Positions 47,852 to 59,450 of a DNA stretch of 64,000 bases are shown piece after piece. Origin of the DNA: Macrostomum lignano. Its lineage: Eukaryota. The number at the start of each line of letters is the position of its first letter. Positions within the stretch are counted from its first letter, which is position 1. A model generated the notes under the pieces. The model did no database searches, had not been told where the DNA came from, and saw nothing but the letters and a program-made list of their open reading frames with translations. The stretch lies in contig NIVC01003799.1 in NCBI GenBank assembly GCA_002269645.1, positions 12,315 to 76,314 of the forward strand. The letters are read 5' to 3'. The translations under genes and the position numbers were made by a program.

Positions 47852-50800
47852 CTAATTAGTCTTCTTGACCCCGGCATCACCAGCTGCGGCCGCGGCCGTC
47901 TCGGCCAGGAACAGCCGCCTGTCCAAGGCCACCCTGACAGACGCGGGCACGTCGCTGATTGACAGGTAAATCAGAGCCCCGGCCAGCAGGATGAGGTGCT
48001 CGATGATGAAGGCCGCGGCAACCACATAGCGGCCCATGCCGGCAGCGATGATGGCCTCGGGCGCCGCGTCGGCAATCACGGAGTCGTACAGGGCGGGCAG
48101 CCAGGCCGCCAGCTGCTCGGAGGACACGCAGATGATCACCGCGTTGGTCAGCGCAGCCAGGCAGGTCTGCGCCGCCAGCACCGACTGCCAGGCCGCGGAC
48201 TGGCGGGCGCCTCCCGCGGGAGCCACCGGCCGCCTTCGAGAGGGGTTTGGGAGAGCGAGAGGATTATTCGGACCGCGAATCTCCAGTCAGGAACACCAAT
48301 TATCCACAGATGTAGCGAAAGTCATTAAAATCTCACCCTTTATGGTCCACAGATCCCAATTTAATCCCCAATAAGGAATCTTCACTCTCTCCGTCTGGTT
48401 TAAAGATAAATAATGGGTCACCTGGTCACAAAGCAGAGCCCCAGTGGGTCACCGGGTCACAAAGCAGGGCCCCAATGGGTCACCTGGTCACAAAGCAGAG
48501 CCCCAGTGAGTCACCTGGTCACAAAGCAGAGCCCCAATGGGTCACCTGGTCACAAAGCAGAGCCCCCAGTGGGTCACCTGGTCACAAAGCAGAGCCCCCA
48601 GTGGGTCACCTGGTCACAAAGCAGAGCCCCAGTGAGTCACCTGGTCACAAAGCAGAGCCCCCAGTAGGTCACCTGGTCACAAAGCAGAGCCCCCAGTGGG
48701 TCACCTGGTCACAAAGCAGAGCCCCCAGTGGGTCACCTGGTCACAAAGCAGAGCCCCAGTGGGTCACCTGGTCACAAAGCAGAGCCCCAGTGGGTCACCT
48801 GGTCACAAAGCAGAGCCCCAGTGGGTCACCTGGTCACAAAGCAGAGCCCCAGTGAGTCACCTGGTCACAAAGCAGAGCCCCAATGGGTCACCTGGTCACA
48901 AAGCAGAGCCCCCAGTGGGTCACCTGGTCACAAAGCAGAGCCCCAGTGGGTCACCTGGTCACAAAGCAGAGCTTGTAGGCGTCAGACCGGGTCTCCACAG
49001 CGTTGGTGACGATGGCCAACAAGGAGGCCAGCGGGAAGGAGGAGGCGAACAGCAGGATGTAGCCATGCTGGATGCACATCTCCAGGTAGTCGTCGAACTG
49101 CTCATACTTATCGCTGGATACTTCAGCTAGCAGGGTCTTGTCCGTGACGCAATTGTCAGCCCGAGCGTCTTGAATTGAATCAACGGCGTCGCCTTCTTGA
49201 AGTGCCGGCTGCTGCTGCTGTTGCTGAGGAGGCTGCTGATCGGCGTCCGCCTTCTTGGCAGCAGCGTCGCGGAGTCGCCTGGCCCGGTCCTGGGCGAGCA
49301 GCAGGCAGTAGGGCAGCACCAGCTCGGTGGCGAGTCGGCGGAGGCAGTCGGCCACGAACAGGGTGAACAGCGCCGAGCGAAGCGCCAGCACGTCGAGCTC
49401 GTAGAAGGCCAAGTAGAGCGGGGCGGCGTAGTAGTCGAACGCCTCCAGGCAGTAGCGCTTCAGCACCTGCGGCGGGCACGGGGAAGTGTGGGTGAAGCGG
49501 GAAGTGAGTAGGTAAGAGAAAAAATATAGATAGGAGAGGACAGGGTGGATAAGGGAGGAGAGGGTGGCTAAGCGAGGAGAGGGTAGATAAGCGAGGAGAG
49601 GGTAGATAAGCGAGGAGAGGGTTGATAAGCGAGGAGAGGGTAGATAAGTGAGGAGAGGGTAGATGATAAGCGAGGAGAGGGTAGATAAGCAAGAATTAGA
49701 TAGATAAACGAGGATAGGGTGGATAAGGAGTGGGTAGAGGAGAGGGTAGATGATAAGCGAGGAGAGGGTAGATAAGCGAGGATAGGGTGGATAAGCGAGG
49801 AGTGGGTAGATAAGCGAGGAGTGTGTAGATAAGCGAGGAGTGGGTAGATAAGCGAGGAGTGGGTAGATAAGCGAGGAGTGGGTAGATAAGCGAGGAGAGG
49901 GTAGATAAGCGAGGAGTGGGTAGATAAGCGAGGAGTGGGTAGATAAGCGAGGAGTGGGTAGATAAGCGAGGAGTGGGTAGATAAGCGAGGAGTGGGTAGA
50001 TAAGCGAGGAGTGGGTAGATAAGCGAGGATAGGGTGGATAAGCGAGGAGTGGGTAGATAAGCGAGGAGTGTGTAGATAAGCGAGGAGTGGGTAGATAAGC
50101 GAGGAGTGGGTAGATAAGCGAGGAGTGGGTAGATAAGCGAGGAGTGGGTATATAAGCGAGGAGTGGGTAGATAAGCGAGGAGTGGGTAGATAAGCGAGGA
50201 GTGGGTAGATGATAAGCGAGGAGTGGGTAGATAAGCGAGGAGGGGGTAGATAAGATAAGACGCTACCTGTGCTAAACCTTGCTAAAGAGTAGAATATAAA
50301 AAGTGCGGTAGTGCAGAAGCAGTGAAGAGTGGCCCCAAAACCTCCCCAAGCTGCCCACCCACCAGAGCGGACTCGTGCTCGGCCACGGTGGGATGATTCT
50401 CCCATTTAGTCAGAGCCTCGGCCACCCGGCGGAACAGCAGGCGGTTGAGCACGAAGACGCCGGCGGAGTGCAGCACGGCGGCCAGGGTAGCTCGCCAGGC
50501 GCAGGTGCGGTCGAAGACGCGGCCGGGGCCGGCCTGAGCCGCCAGTACGGCGATGTGGAAGGGGTTGGTGTATTTGAACCTGTGCACCGGCTCCACCATG
50601 CCCTGCAGATTCAGGCTGCACACGGTGTAAGCCAGTGCCACTAGCAGCATAGCAACGGTTGCTATGCCCGAGCAGGTCTGCTTCAGACGGCGGCGCCATC
50701 TGTTTTTGTAGAATAAAATGCTATTCAAATTATTTCAGTGTTTGAATCTGCCTCTCCGCTCTCCCTCAGTGCTTGAATCTGCCTCACCGCTCTCCCTCAG

Positions 50801-53800
50801 TGCTTGAATCTGCCTCTGCGCTCTCCCTCAGTGCTTGAATCTGCCTCTGCGCTCTCCCTCAGTGCTTGAATCTGCCTCACCGCTCTCCCTCAGTGCTTGA
50901 ATCTGCCTCACCGCTCTCCCTCAGTGCTTGGATCTGCCTCTCCGCTCTCCCTCAGTGCTTGAATCTGCCTCACCGCTCTCCCTCAGTGCTTGGATCTGCC
51001 TCTCCGCTCTCCCCCAGTGCTTGGATCTGCCTCTCCGCTCTCCCTCAGTGCTTGAATCTGCCTCTCCGCTCTCATTCAGTGCTTGAATCTGCCTCTCCGC
51101 TCTCATTCAGTGCTTTGATCTGCCTCTCCGCTCTCCCCCAGTGCTTGGATCTGCCTCTCCGCTCTCATTCAGTGCTTGGATCTGCCTCTCCGCTCTCCCT
51201 CAGTGCTTGGATCTGCCTCTCCGCTCTCATTCAGTGCTTGAATCTGCCTCTCCGCTCTCCCCCAGTGCTTGGATCTGCCTCTCCGCTCTCATTCAGTGCT
51301 TGAATCTGCCTCTCCGCTCTCATTCAGTGCTTGGATCTGCCTCTCCGCTCTCCCTCAGTGCTTGGATCTGCCTCTCCGCTCTCATTCAGTGCTTGGATCT
51401 GCCTCTCCGCTCTCCCCCAGTGCTTGAATCTGCCTCTCCGCTCTCATTCAGTGCTTGAATCTGCCTCTCCGCTCTCATTCAGTGCTTGAATCTGCCTCTC
51501 CGCTCTCCCTCAGTGCTTGGATCTGCCTCTCCGCTCTCATTCAGTGCTTGGATCTGCCTCTCCGCTCTCCCCCAGTGCTTGGATCTGCCTCTCCGCTCTC
51601 ATTCAGTGCTTGAATCTGCCTCTCCGCTCTCATTCAGTGCTTGAATCTGCCTCTCCGCTCTCCCTCAGTGCTTGGATCTGCCTCACCGCTCTCCCTCAGT
51701 GCTTGAATCTGCCTCTCCGCTCTCCCCCAGTGCTTGGATCTGCCTCTCCGCTCTCCCTCAGTGCTTGGATCTGCCTCTCCGCTCTCCCCCAGTGCTTGGA
51801 TCTGCCTCTCCGCTCTCATTCAGTGCTTGAATCTGCCTCTCCGCTCTCCCTCAGTGCTTGGATCTGCCTCTCCGCTCTCCCCCAGTGCTTGGATCTGCCT
51901 CTCCGCTCTCCCTCAGTGCTTGGATCTGCCTCTCCGCTCTCCCCCAGTGCTTGGATCTGCCTCTCCGCTCTCATTCAGTGCTTGAATCTGCCTCTCCGCT
52001 CTCCCTCAGTGCTTGGATCTGCCTCTCCGCTCTCCCTCAGTGCTTGGATCTGCCTCTCCGCTCTCCCTCAGTGCTTGGATCTGCCTCTCCGCTCTCCCCC
52101 AGTGCTTGGATCTGCCTCTCCGCTCTCCCCCAGTGCTTGGATCTGCCTCTCCGCTCTCATTCAGTGCTTGAATCTGCCTCTCCGCTCTCCCTCAGTGCTT
52201 GGATCTGCCTCTCATTCAGTGCTTGGATCTGCCTCTCCGCTCTCATTCAGTGCTTGAATCTGCCTCTCCGCTCTCATTCAGTGCTTGAATCTGCCTCTCC
52301 GCTCTCCCCCAGTGCTTGGATCTGCCTCTCCGCTCTCATTCAGTGCTTGAATCTGCCTCTCCGCTCTCATTCAGTGCTTGAATCTGCCTCTCCGCTCTCC
52401 CTCAGTGCTTGGATCTGCCTCACCGCTCTCCCTCAGTGCTTGAATCTGCCTCTCCGCTCTCCCCCAGTGCTTGGATCTGCCTCTCCGCTCTCCCTCAGTG
52501 CTTGGATCTGCCTCTCCGCTCTCCCCCAGTGCTTGGATCTGCCTCTCCGCTCTCCCCCAGTGCTTGGATCTGCCTCTCCGCTCTCATTCAGTGCTTGGAT
52601 CTGCCTCACCGCTCTCATTCAGTGCTTGGATCTGCCTCTCCGCTCTCATTCAGTGCTTGAATCTGCCTCTCCGCTCTCCCCCAGTGCTTGAATCTGCCTC
52701 TCCACTCTCCCTCAGTGCTTGAATCTGCCTCTCCGCTCTCACTCAGTGCTTGGATCGGCTCATCATTACCCCAAAGCCGCACCTGGGATAATGAATCTCC
52801 AGCTCCCCGGTGACCGGGCTGATCCGCTTGTGCCCCAGAACTCCGGCCTCAGCTTGGACGCCAGCCGCACGAGTCCCAGGGTGCCCCAGGCGTGCGCCAG
52901 CTCCGTTTCGCGCCGATGCCACAATTTTAGAAATGTGAAGCCCCAGACTGACAGGCCGACAGCGTACAGCGACAAGTAGGGGTTGTTGTCCACCGACACG
53001 CCCGACCGAAGCGACGCCAGCCAGAGCAGCAGGCCGAAGACGGCGGGCGGGCCCAGCCAGCAGGAGTAGCAGTGCATCCACTCGAAGTACAGCGCCACCG
53101 GCTCGCCGAAGTAGGCGCGCAGTTCCTCCACTGGTGGACGCGCCGACATCAGCAGGCGGCGCCACAGGGAGCGGGCCTCCGACGGCCGGTGCAGGGGACC
53201 GTGGGAGCGGAGAAAGCCCTGCGGCAGGGAAATGCGTGATCAGAAATAAAGTCAAGAACTGCTTCAGTGAAGAAATTTGTTGGGATGGTGACGCAGCAAC
53301 TGAGGATCTATGAGGCTGGCCCAGCAGCTGAAGATCTGGGAGGCTGGCCCAGCAACTGAGGATCTGGGAAGCTGGCCCAGCAACTGGGGATCTGGGAAGC
53401 AGGCCCAGCAACTGAGGATCTGGGAAGCTGGCCCAGCAACTGAGGATCTGGGAGGCAGGCCCAGCAACTGAGGATCTGGGAAGCTGGCCCAGCAACTGGG
53501 GATCTGGGAGGGTTGACCAGCAGTTCTGAGGATCTGGGAGGGTGGCGGTGGCCCAGCAACTAAGGATCTGGGAGGCTGGCCCAGCAACTGAGGATCTGGG
53601 AGGCTGGCCCAGCAACTGGGGATCTGGGAGGCTGGCCCAGCAACTGGGGATCTGGGAGGCTGGCCCAGCAACTGGGGATCTGGGAGGCTGGCCCAGCAAC
53701 TGATGATCTGGGAGGCTGGCCCAGCAACTGAGGATCTGGGAGGCTGGCCCAGAAACTGAGTATCTGGGAGGCTGGCCCAGCAACTGAGTATCTGGGAAGC

Positions 53801-54268
53801 TGGCCCAGAAACTGGGGATCTGGGAGGGTTGACCAGCAGTTCTGAGGATCTGGGAGGGTGGCGGTGGCCCAGCAACTAAGGATCTGGGAGGCTGGCCCAG
53901 CAGCTGAGAGCCAATCAGGGAGCCATTGCAATGGTCACCTTTCGCTTGCAGAATCGCATCAAGGAAGGGTCGGCATCCAGCCAGGAGGTACCGCCACTTC
54001 CGCTGCCGCCGCTGCCGCCAAAAGCGTCAGCCAGAGGCCCATCCGCGCGGCACTGAGCCAGAGCACGGGCGCAGGCGGCCGCCCGCTCGTGGCCAGTCAA
54101 AGGCGCGGTAGAACTTTCGTCTGCCTCATCAAGCAAGGTCAGCAGCAGGATTCCGCCGCCGCCGGCCTCCTCCAGCTCGAATCGATCGCGCAGCTGCCGA
54201 CGCCAGGCGTCCAGCACCAGGTGGCTGCCTCGGCGATGTCGGCGAAGGTGCAGATAGTAGTCAGGCAT
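47852..54268 (-). CDS. Anoctamin/TMEM16 family protein (ANO10-like, divergent; ~665 aa) with one apparent 1-nt frameshift at ~52830
   Basis: Exons (minus) 54268-53939, 53218-52783, 50699-50363, 49466-48955, 48233-47852; total 1997 nt, one short of a multiple of 3. Motifs LRAYFGEPVALYF, LKLWHRRE...WGT, RPEFWG...ISPVTGELEIHYP, LTKWENH, FDDYLEMCIQHGYILLFASSFPLA, ETRSDAYKLC...RRP, IEH. Confidence 0.88.
48415..48972 (-). repeat. 31-33-bp array containing the last 17 exon nt plus the donor (CTCTGCTTTGTGACCAG|GTGACCCACTGGGG)n
   Basis: About 17 copies; the first copy is the real exon end at 48955. Confidence 0.95.
49540..50250. repeat. 20-bp array (GGGTAGATAAGCGAGGAGT/A)n
   Basis: About 35 copies. 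Confidence 0.95.
50738..52755. repeat. 31-bp array (CAGTGCTTGG/AATCTGCCTCTCCGCTCTCCCT/CCC/ATT)n
   Basis: About 65 copies filling nearly the whole intron. Confidence 0.97.
53290..53905. repeat. 28-bp array (AGGCTGGCCCAGCAACTGAGGATCTGGG)n
   Basis: About 21 copies. Confidence 0.95.
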
Positions 54269-56258
54269 GTAGGAGGCAGCCTGGAGCGGATGCACTGCGG
54301 GAAGCAAATATCCATAAAATAACTGATATAAATATCACAAACCACTGGCAATGATATTTTCCAATCTGCATTAGTAATGTTACCCAATGAAAAATGCTTT
54401 ATATGTAAACTAAATACAATAGTCTAAATGGATATTTAATGTTATAAGATGAGATACTACTACTAATACAGTTTTTAATATATTCATTTTACAAAAAAAT
54501 TTTGCTTGATTTAAATTATGACAGAATGACTTAAATGTTTTTGCACCTAAAATATGATGTATAAAAAATCAATTTTAAATATATAAGAACATACTTTCCT
54601 AAAGAAAAAAAGATATAGATTATTAAACTATAAATGATAACATAAATATTATAAATTGAACAGACACTTAGGTTTAAGTTTTTACTCTTAAGCCTATTAC
54701 ATACAACTACAAAGCTATTTACTAAGTTTAATAATACTTAGAAAGTAAGACAAAATTATATTTATGTTAGGTATAGCTCATTTAAGCCAAAAATAATATT
54801 AATATTATTGACTCAAAGCTATAATGAGTATAGCCAACAGAATATGAAAAAGAGCCATGCATGAGAAATTGTTTCAAAGTTCAAAGTTTGTTATTTCTAT
54901 GCAAATATTATTTCATACTCACTAGCCAACAAACTTAATGCTTTTCCCAACTATCTTATTTATGCTAGATAACTATGTAAACACAAGCTAAATCGAAATA
55001 AATTCCATTACATACAATAAATAGCAATAAATAGAGTATCAAGTTATCAATCGGCTCGAATTACAATTAGAGTTTTCACTTTTCAGCATTATAAATTGAC
55101 AATATTATATGTATATTAACATCATAAACACATAATATGCATCGTCTGATTCGAACAGATTTACAGAATAATTTTAATCCAGCTAGGAGTATACCTCCGC
55201 TATAAAATGTCATGAAAAGCTAGATTTTAAGCGGAGCTATGATTTGAAAGATTGAGTTCATAGAAATCGTTTTTTAAAATTGCAGGAACGGAAATTAAAA
55301 ACGTCCATTAAAACAAACAAGAAAAGCACAAAAAGAAAAATTCAGAAGCTTTGCTTTTATCTGCGTATACAGTTTTTTCTAATTTTTATTGGAAGCATTA
55401 TATGTACGTCTTTTTATTAATCAATTGCCAGTTTGTAGGAGGTTGGTTTGCTGGAGGTTGTCTCTGGACGAACTAATGTCTGCCTTTTTCTCGCCAACAT
55501 CAATCCATATAAAAACATTTTCAGCACTAGTAAACTGTTATAAGAGATTATTTGATCTTTCCGCAGATTCCTGTGGTACGCACTCAAATCTAGCAGCGGT
55601 CTAGCCGCATCTCTATGTAATATGAGTGGTGTTCCGGTGATTCAAAACGTGTATTTTCAGTACATTTAGCCATTCCAGAATCTTTTCATTTCCCTTTTTC
55701 ATTTTACGATTTTAACTATTCTACAATTTTAACTGTTGCATTGTGTTTCTCAGACTTGAAGTTCTGCTGCTCGAATTTTCTGTCCATCAGCTGCTTGCAG
55801 CAAGGGAGCGAGGCAGCGCCTAAGGGTCAAAGAAGAAAGAGCATGCAATCCTTATGAACGGATTTTCCAATTGCATTCAATTATCTGAGTCGTAAAATAG
55901 ATTTATGGTGCATTGATTAACACAGTAGTACAACTCCATTAATTAACTACTGCACTGAATTCGTAAATGCTTTTTTCGAATTAAAAAAATGGGAGCGATC
56001 CTCCGCTGCATGAATCAATGATTTGCAAAAGCATTTTTTCATATACACACATGCTGAAGGAAGGCAAAGGCAGCGGTCAACTTGGCGAGCAGAGCAACGT
56101 CATGTATCGCACACTAACACAGAGACTAATGACTTCAGCATTTGAGCGCACGGTTAAGTCCGCGATGACAAGTATACGTTTACCGTAAATGACTGACATC
56201 ATAAGTAATGCATGAATAAATTTACTGAGCTGATAAAACTCGAGCCCCCAACCCCCTG

Positions 56259-57350
56259 TTACACCACATCATCTGGAAGGTGAGCAGAATACATTACGGC
56301 GGTTTGCAGCAAAGTCACCGCAGATGAGTGGGATGATTGTCGATCCGAGGTCGACGTCGGTGGCGGGGGCGGCGGCCTGCGCTTTCTGCTTTGGGCTGCA
56401 GGCGGCTCACGCGGAGGGGGCGGCGCTGGACGTCGCTGCCGCCTCTGCGTCCTCGGCGGGTCCGTGAACTCAAGCGAGCTGGGATCGCGGGCGCTGCTGC
56501 TGCTGCAGGGCAGGGAGGTCAGCTCGGTCGGTGCATTGACCAGTCGAACCGCCGAGCATCTCGGCACGCCGTTGCCGCTGCTCTGGGCTTCGGTTTCACC
56601 TTCTTCGTCGCCGTCGGGGTCCCAGCGGGCGCGCAACACGCAGCAGGCGACGAGAATGCAGAAGCCGATCGCGGCGCCGGCTGCCGTCAGCGCGCCAGGC
56701 GCTGTGCCAAGAAAAGCGCGCAGGCTGTCGACCAGCGACTCGCACCGGCAGCGAACCCGCTCCAGCCCGGCGCCTGGGCAGTCGGCGCCGTGGTTACGCG
56801 GTCTCGGACAGGCGCACAAGCGGCGCCTGACCAGGAAGACCTCGGCGCCGCCCTGGCTGGCGTTGGGCTGCGCCAGGCGGCACTGGAAGTCGCAGTTCAA
56901 AGAGGCGGTCCAGTAGCACCATTGGCCATCGAGCGGCGGGCATCCGCGCTCTGAGCAGTCATCGCCTGCCTGCCTCACCGGCACGGGCTGGTCATTCAGC
57001 GGGTCCAGGCCTGGCGCGAACGCTGCCGGCTCGAGGAACTCTGTTTGCGAGTCTTCGCCACCGTCTGCAAGGTCGTCGACTTGGCTGCAGTGCATTGTGC
57101 GCACGCGGGACACTTTCGCACAGAAGGTGACAATCCGGCTGATCACGTGGCTTCTAGACGGTAGTCCTACGGTTGTGTTGCGCCACACGCACTGCCGCCC
57201 AGATGAAGGACTGGTCCAGGCGTTCCAGTGGCACTCAGAGGACACTGCCGACGTTGGCATCAGCAGAGACAAGAGCAGAGCGGTCAGAATCGCGGCGGAA
57301 GCGGTCAGAGCGGCTGACGCCCGTGGAGTCCGGGGCCCGCCGGTGCCCAT
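56259..57350 (-). CDS. Single-exon type I membrane protein with thrombospondin type-1-like repeat(s) (~363 aa)
   Basis: ATG 57350; signal peptide AAILTALLLSLLMPTSA; TSP1-like segment DGQWCYWTASLNCDFQC...RRRLCACPRPRNHGADCPGAGLERVRC; TM GALTAAGAAIGFCILVACCVL; Pro/Arg-rich tail; stop 56261-56259. Confidence 0.72.
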   Translation of the reverse strand: MGTGGPRTPRASAALTASAAILTALLLSLLMPTSAVSSECHWNAWTSPSSGRQCVWRNTTVGLPSRSHVISRIVTFCAKVSRVRTMHCSQVDDLADGGEDSQTEFLEPAAFAPGLDPLNDQPVPVRQAGDDCSERGCPPLDGQWCYWTASLNCDFQCRLAQPNASQGGAEVFLVRRRLCACPRPRNHGADCPGAGLERVRCRCESLVDSLRAFLGTAPGALTAAGAAIGFCILVACCVLRARWDPDGDEEGETEAQSSGNGVPRCSAVRLVNAPTELTSLPCSSSSARDPSSLEFTDPPRTQRRQRRPAPPPPREPPAAQSRKRRPPPPPPTSTSDRQSSHSSAVTLLQTAVMYSAHLPDDVV

Positions 57351-59450
57351 GCACAGCTCAGTGGGTCCGCACAGACAATCTTCGCCTCGCTTTTGTTCGA
57401 AGCAGAGCAAGCTGTGAGGGGGGGGGGTCAGGCGCGGTCACGGGCTGAGGCAAACTGCAGGCTGCAGGGCTTTAGCCCGGAACTGTGGTATTATGCAGCA
57501 GGCGGGGCAGCGGATTGGACCAGCCCGCAGGTTGCCTGTCAGCCGCAACTAAGTGAGTATTTTTTGAGGATGCAGGTATTTTTGGCCAATAGTAGCCGAG
57601 TCCGCTGAGCTTCCAAGCCGCTTGCAAACCGGTCCCGGCATCCTCTTCAGCATTTCACTTTGGAGTCGCTTCTTCCAGTTGCTTTTTGAGCCTCATTGAG
57701 CTCTGATCCCCCTGCTCTCTGTCTGCAGGCTCACAAATTTGAGTCTTCCTTCCTTTGCTTTCCTTTGTACTTTATCCTTTCTCTATGAGATCGCTTTAGA
57801 GGCCAAGAAGAGCTGCTCAGATGGGAGGAGTCAGCGCAGGTTCAACTAAACTTTTTGACGAGTGAGGGATTCAAGTCAGCAACAGCTCAACAGGAAAAGA
57901 TGCTTCGGCTCCGAGCCGTAGGCTGCAGATTCTTCTCTGCTAGCTTTGAGGGCTATCGGTGGTGGGTACCGAGAGTGGAGACTTCCCGGAGCATTATAAA
58001 TCGGGAACCATTGTGTGAGAGAAATAGGTTTGACAGAATCAGTTGAAGGTTACAGCATTCCGCTGGCTCCTGAGCACATCCAAGCGCGCCAGTACGCAGG
58101 AACGCACTCACACGCTCACGCAGGGTGAACAACGGCTCTGAATTTCTAATCATCAGGCATGTACAGTCTCTGTGCCTTGGTGGTTGGCCCTCACGGGCGG
58201 GAATCGCACGAAAACCCTCGGGCCAACTACTATCGACATTTTGTTCAAAAACGGAGTGTCGAGACTATAGTTCATATGACGTAGTTTGTTTCTTAGAACG
58301 CAGACTCCAGGTCAATTAGTTACAGATCTTCATGGTGCAGCAGATTTTGCTATAGTGGTCATCGGTCATTTTCATTGCCGATGCTTTATGAATAGGGGGT
58401 AGTGCTCACTGCGGAGGTCAACCCAAGGACTACTAGATTAGAACGAAGTGTTCCTAGTGGTCCTTGGGTCAACCCCGGAGGAAGCGGCACCGCGACCTTC
58501 GTGCCGGAGGCCTCGGCATTGTCATTTATTATAATTACACTGCTAAGTACGATTGCAGATAATTAGTGTGCATGTTAAACAAGAGGCAAACACAATGCAA
58601 CTGGAGCTCTGCTTAATCACGGGGCCATTAATCTATCAGATGGATTGGTCCGACGCATCCGGCCGGGAGAATCCGCGCCAATCAGTCGGCCGGTTTAAAC
58701 TGTGAGTTCTGTCGCCCTGAGCATGACAGACGCGAGCACGTTGAGTAGCGTCGCTATATCAGTGGCGTGATGAAATGCCCGATTTAAAAATGCATGAGCT
58801 CACCTGGGATGCCTGCAGTGAATTATTTAAATTAGTCGGAACCGCCGTCCGTGCAAAATTCTTCCAGTGCAGCGGAAGCTCAACTCCGGGGGCGTACATC
58901 TACGGCAGCTTAGCTGGCTAAAAAGAAGCTATTTTAAAAGACAGACTACTCGTCCCTTAGTATTTGATTATCAAATCCAACGATACTTCGCAATTTGGGT
59001 TTGTGTAGGAGCTGAAGGCACATCTATTTTGTTAAAATTTTTGAACAGAAAACCAGAAACAACAGCACTATTTGCGGTGAAATCCACAGGAATTGCTTTC
59101 CAACAGTACATGCATAAATAATAAACATACGAGCGTACGTTAACTAGACTTGTTAAATTAAACAGACGTCATGGCCTCAAAGTGTCAAATGATATCACTA
59201 TATCAGGGATTAGATTTTCAAAAAGTGTAAAGGTTAAAGCCTTAATATTCAATATTTTCATATTAAATTCACAGAATGGCAGATTTTTCATCAGGTGTCA
59301 ATCCTAGTCGCCAAAATAACTTATCATCCAAGTATTTCTTATTATTAAAAACTAATTTACACGCAAAGTTAAAAATAGCATTGTTTGCTCATAGACCTAC
59401 TAACAACAGCAAGTAGTGAGGCAAGGAAATGAAAACTCAGCCGCCGAGGT

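Noticed and set aside
50866-53931. Many Leu/Ser/Cys ORFs
   Set aside because: Translations of the 31-bp and 28-bp intronic arrays of the anoctamin gene.
54330-55620. Very AT-rich block as a foreign insertion
   Set aside because: No terminal repeats or recognisable ORF; more simply intergenic or outron DNA upstream of the anoctamin.
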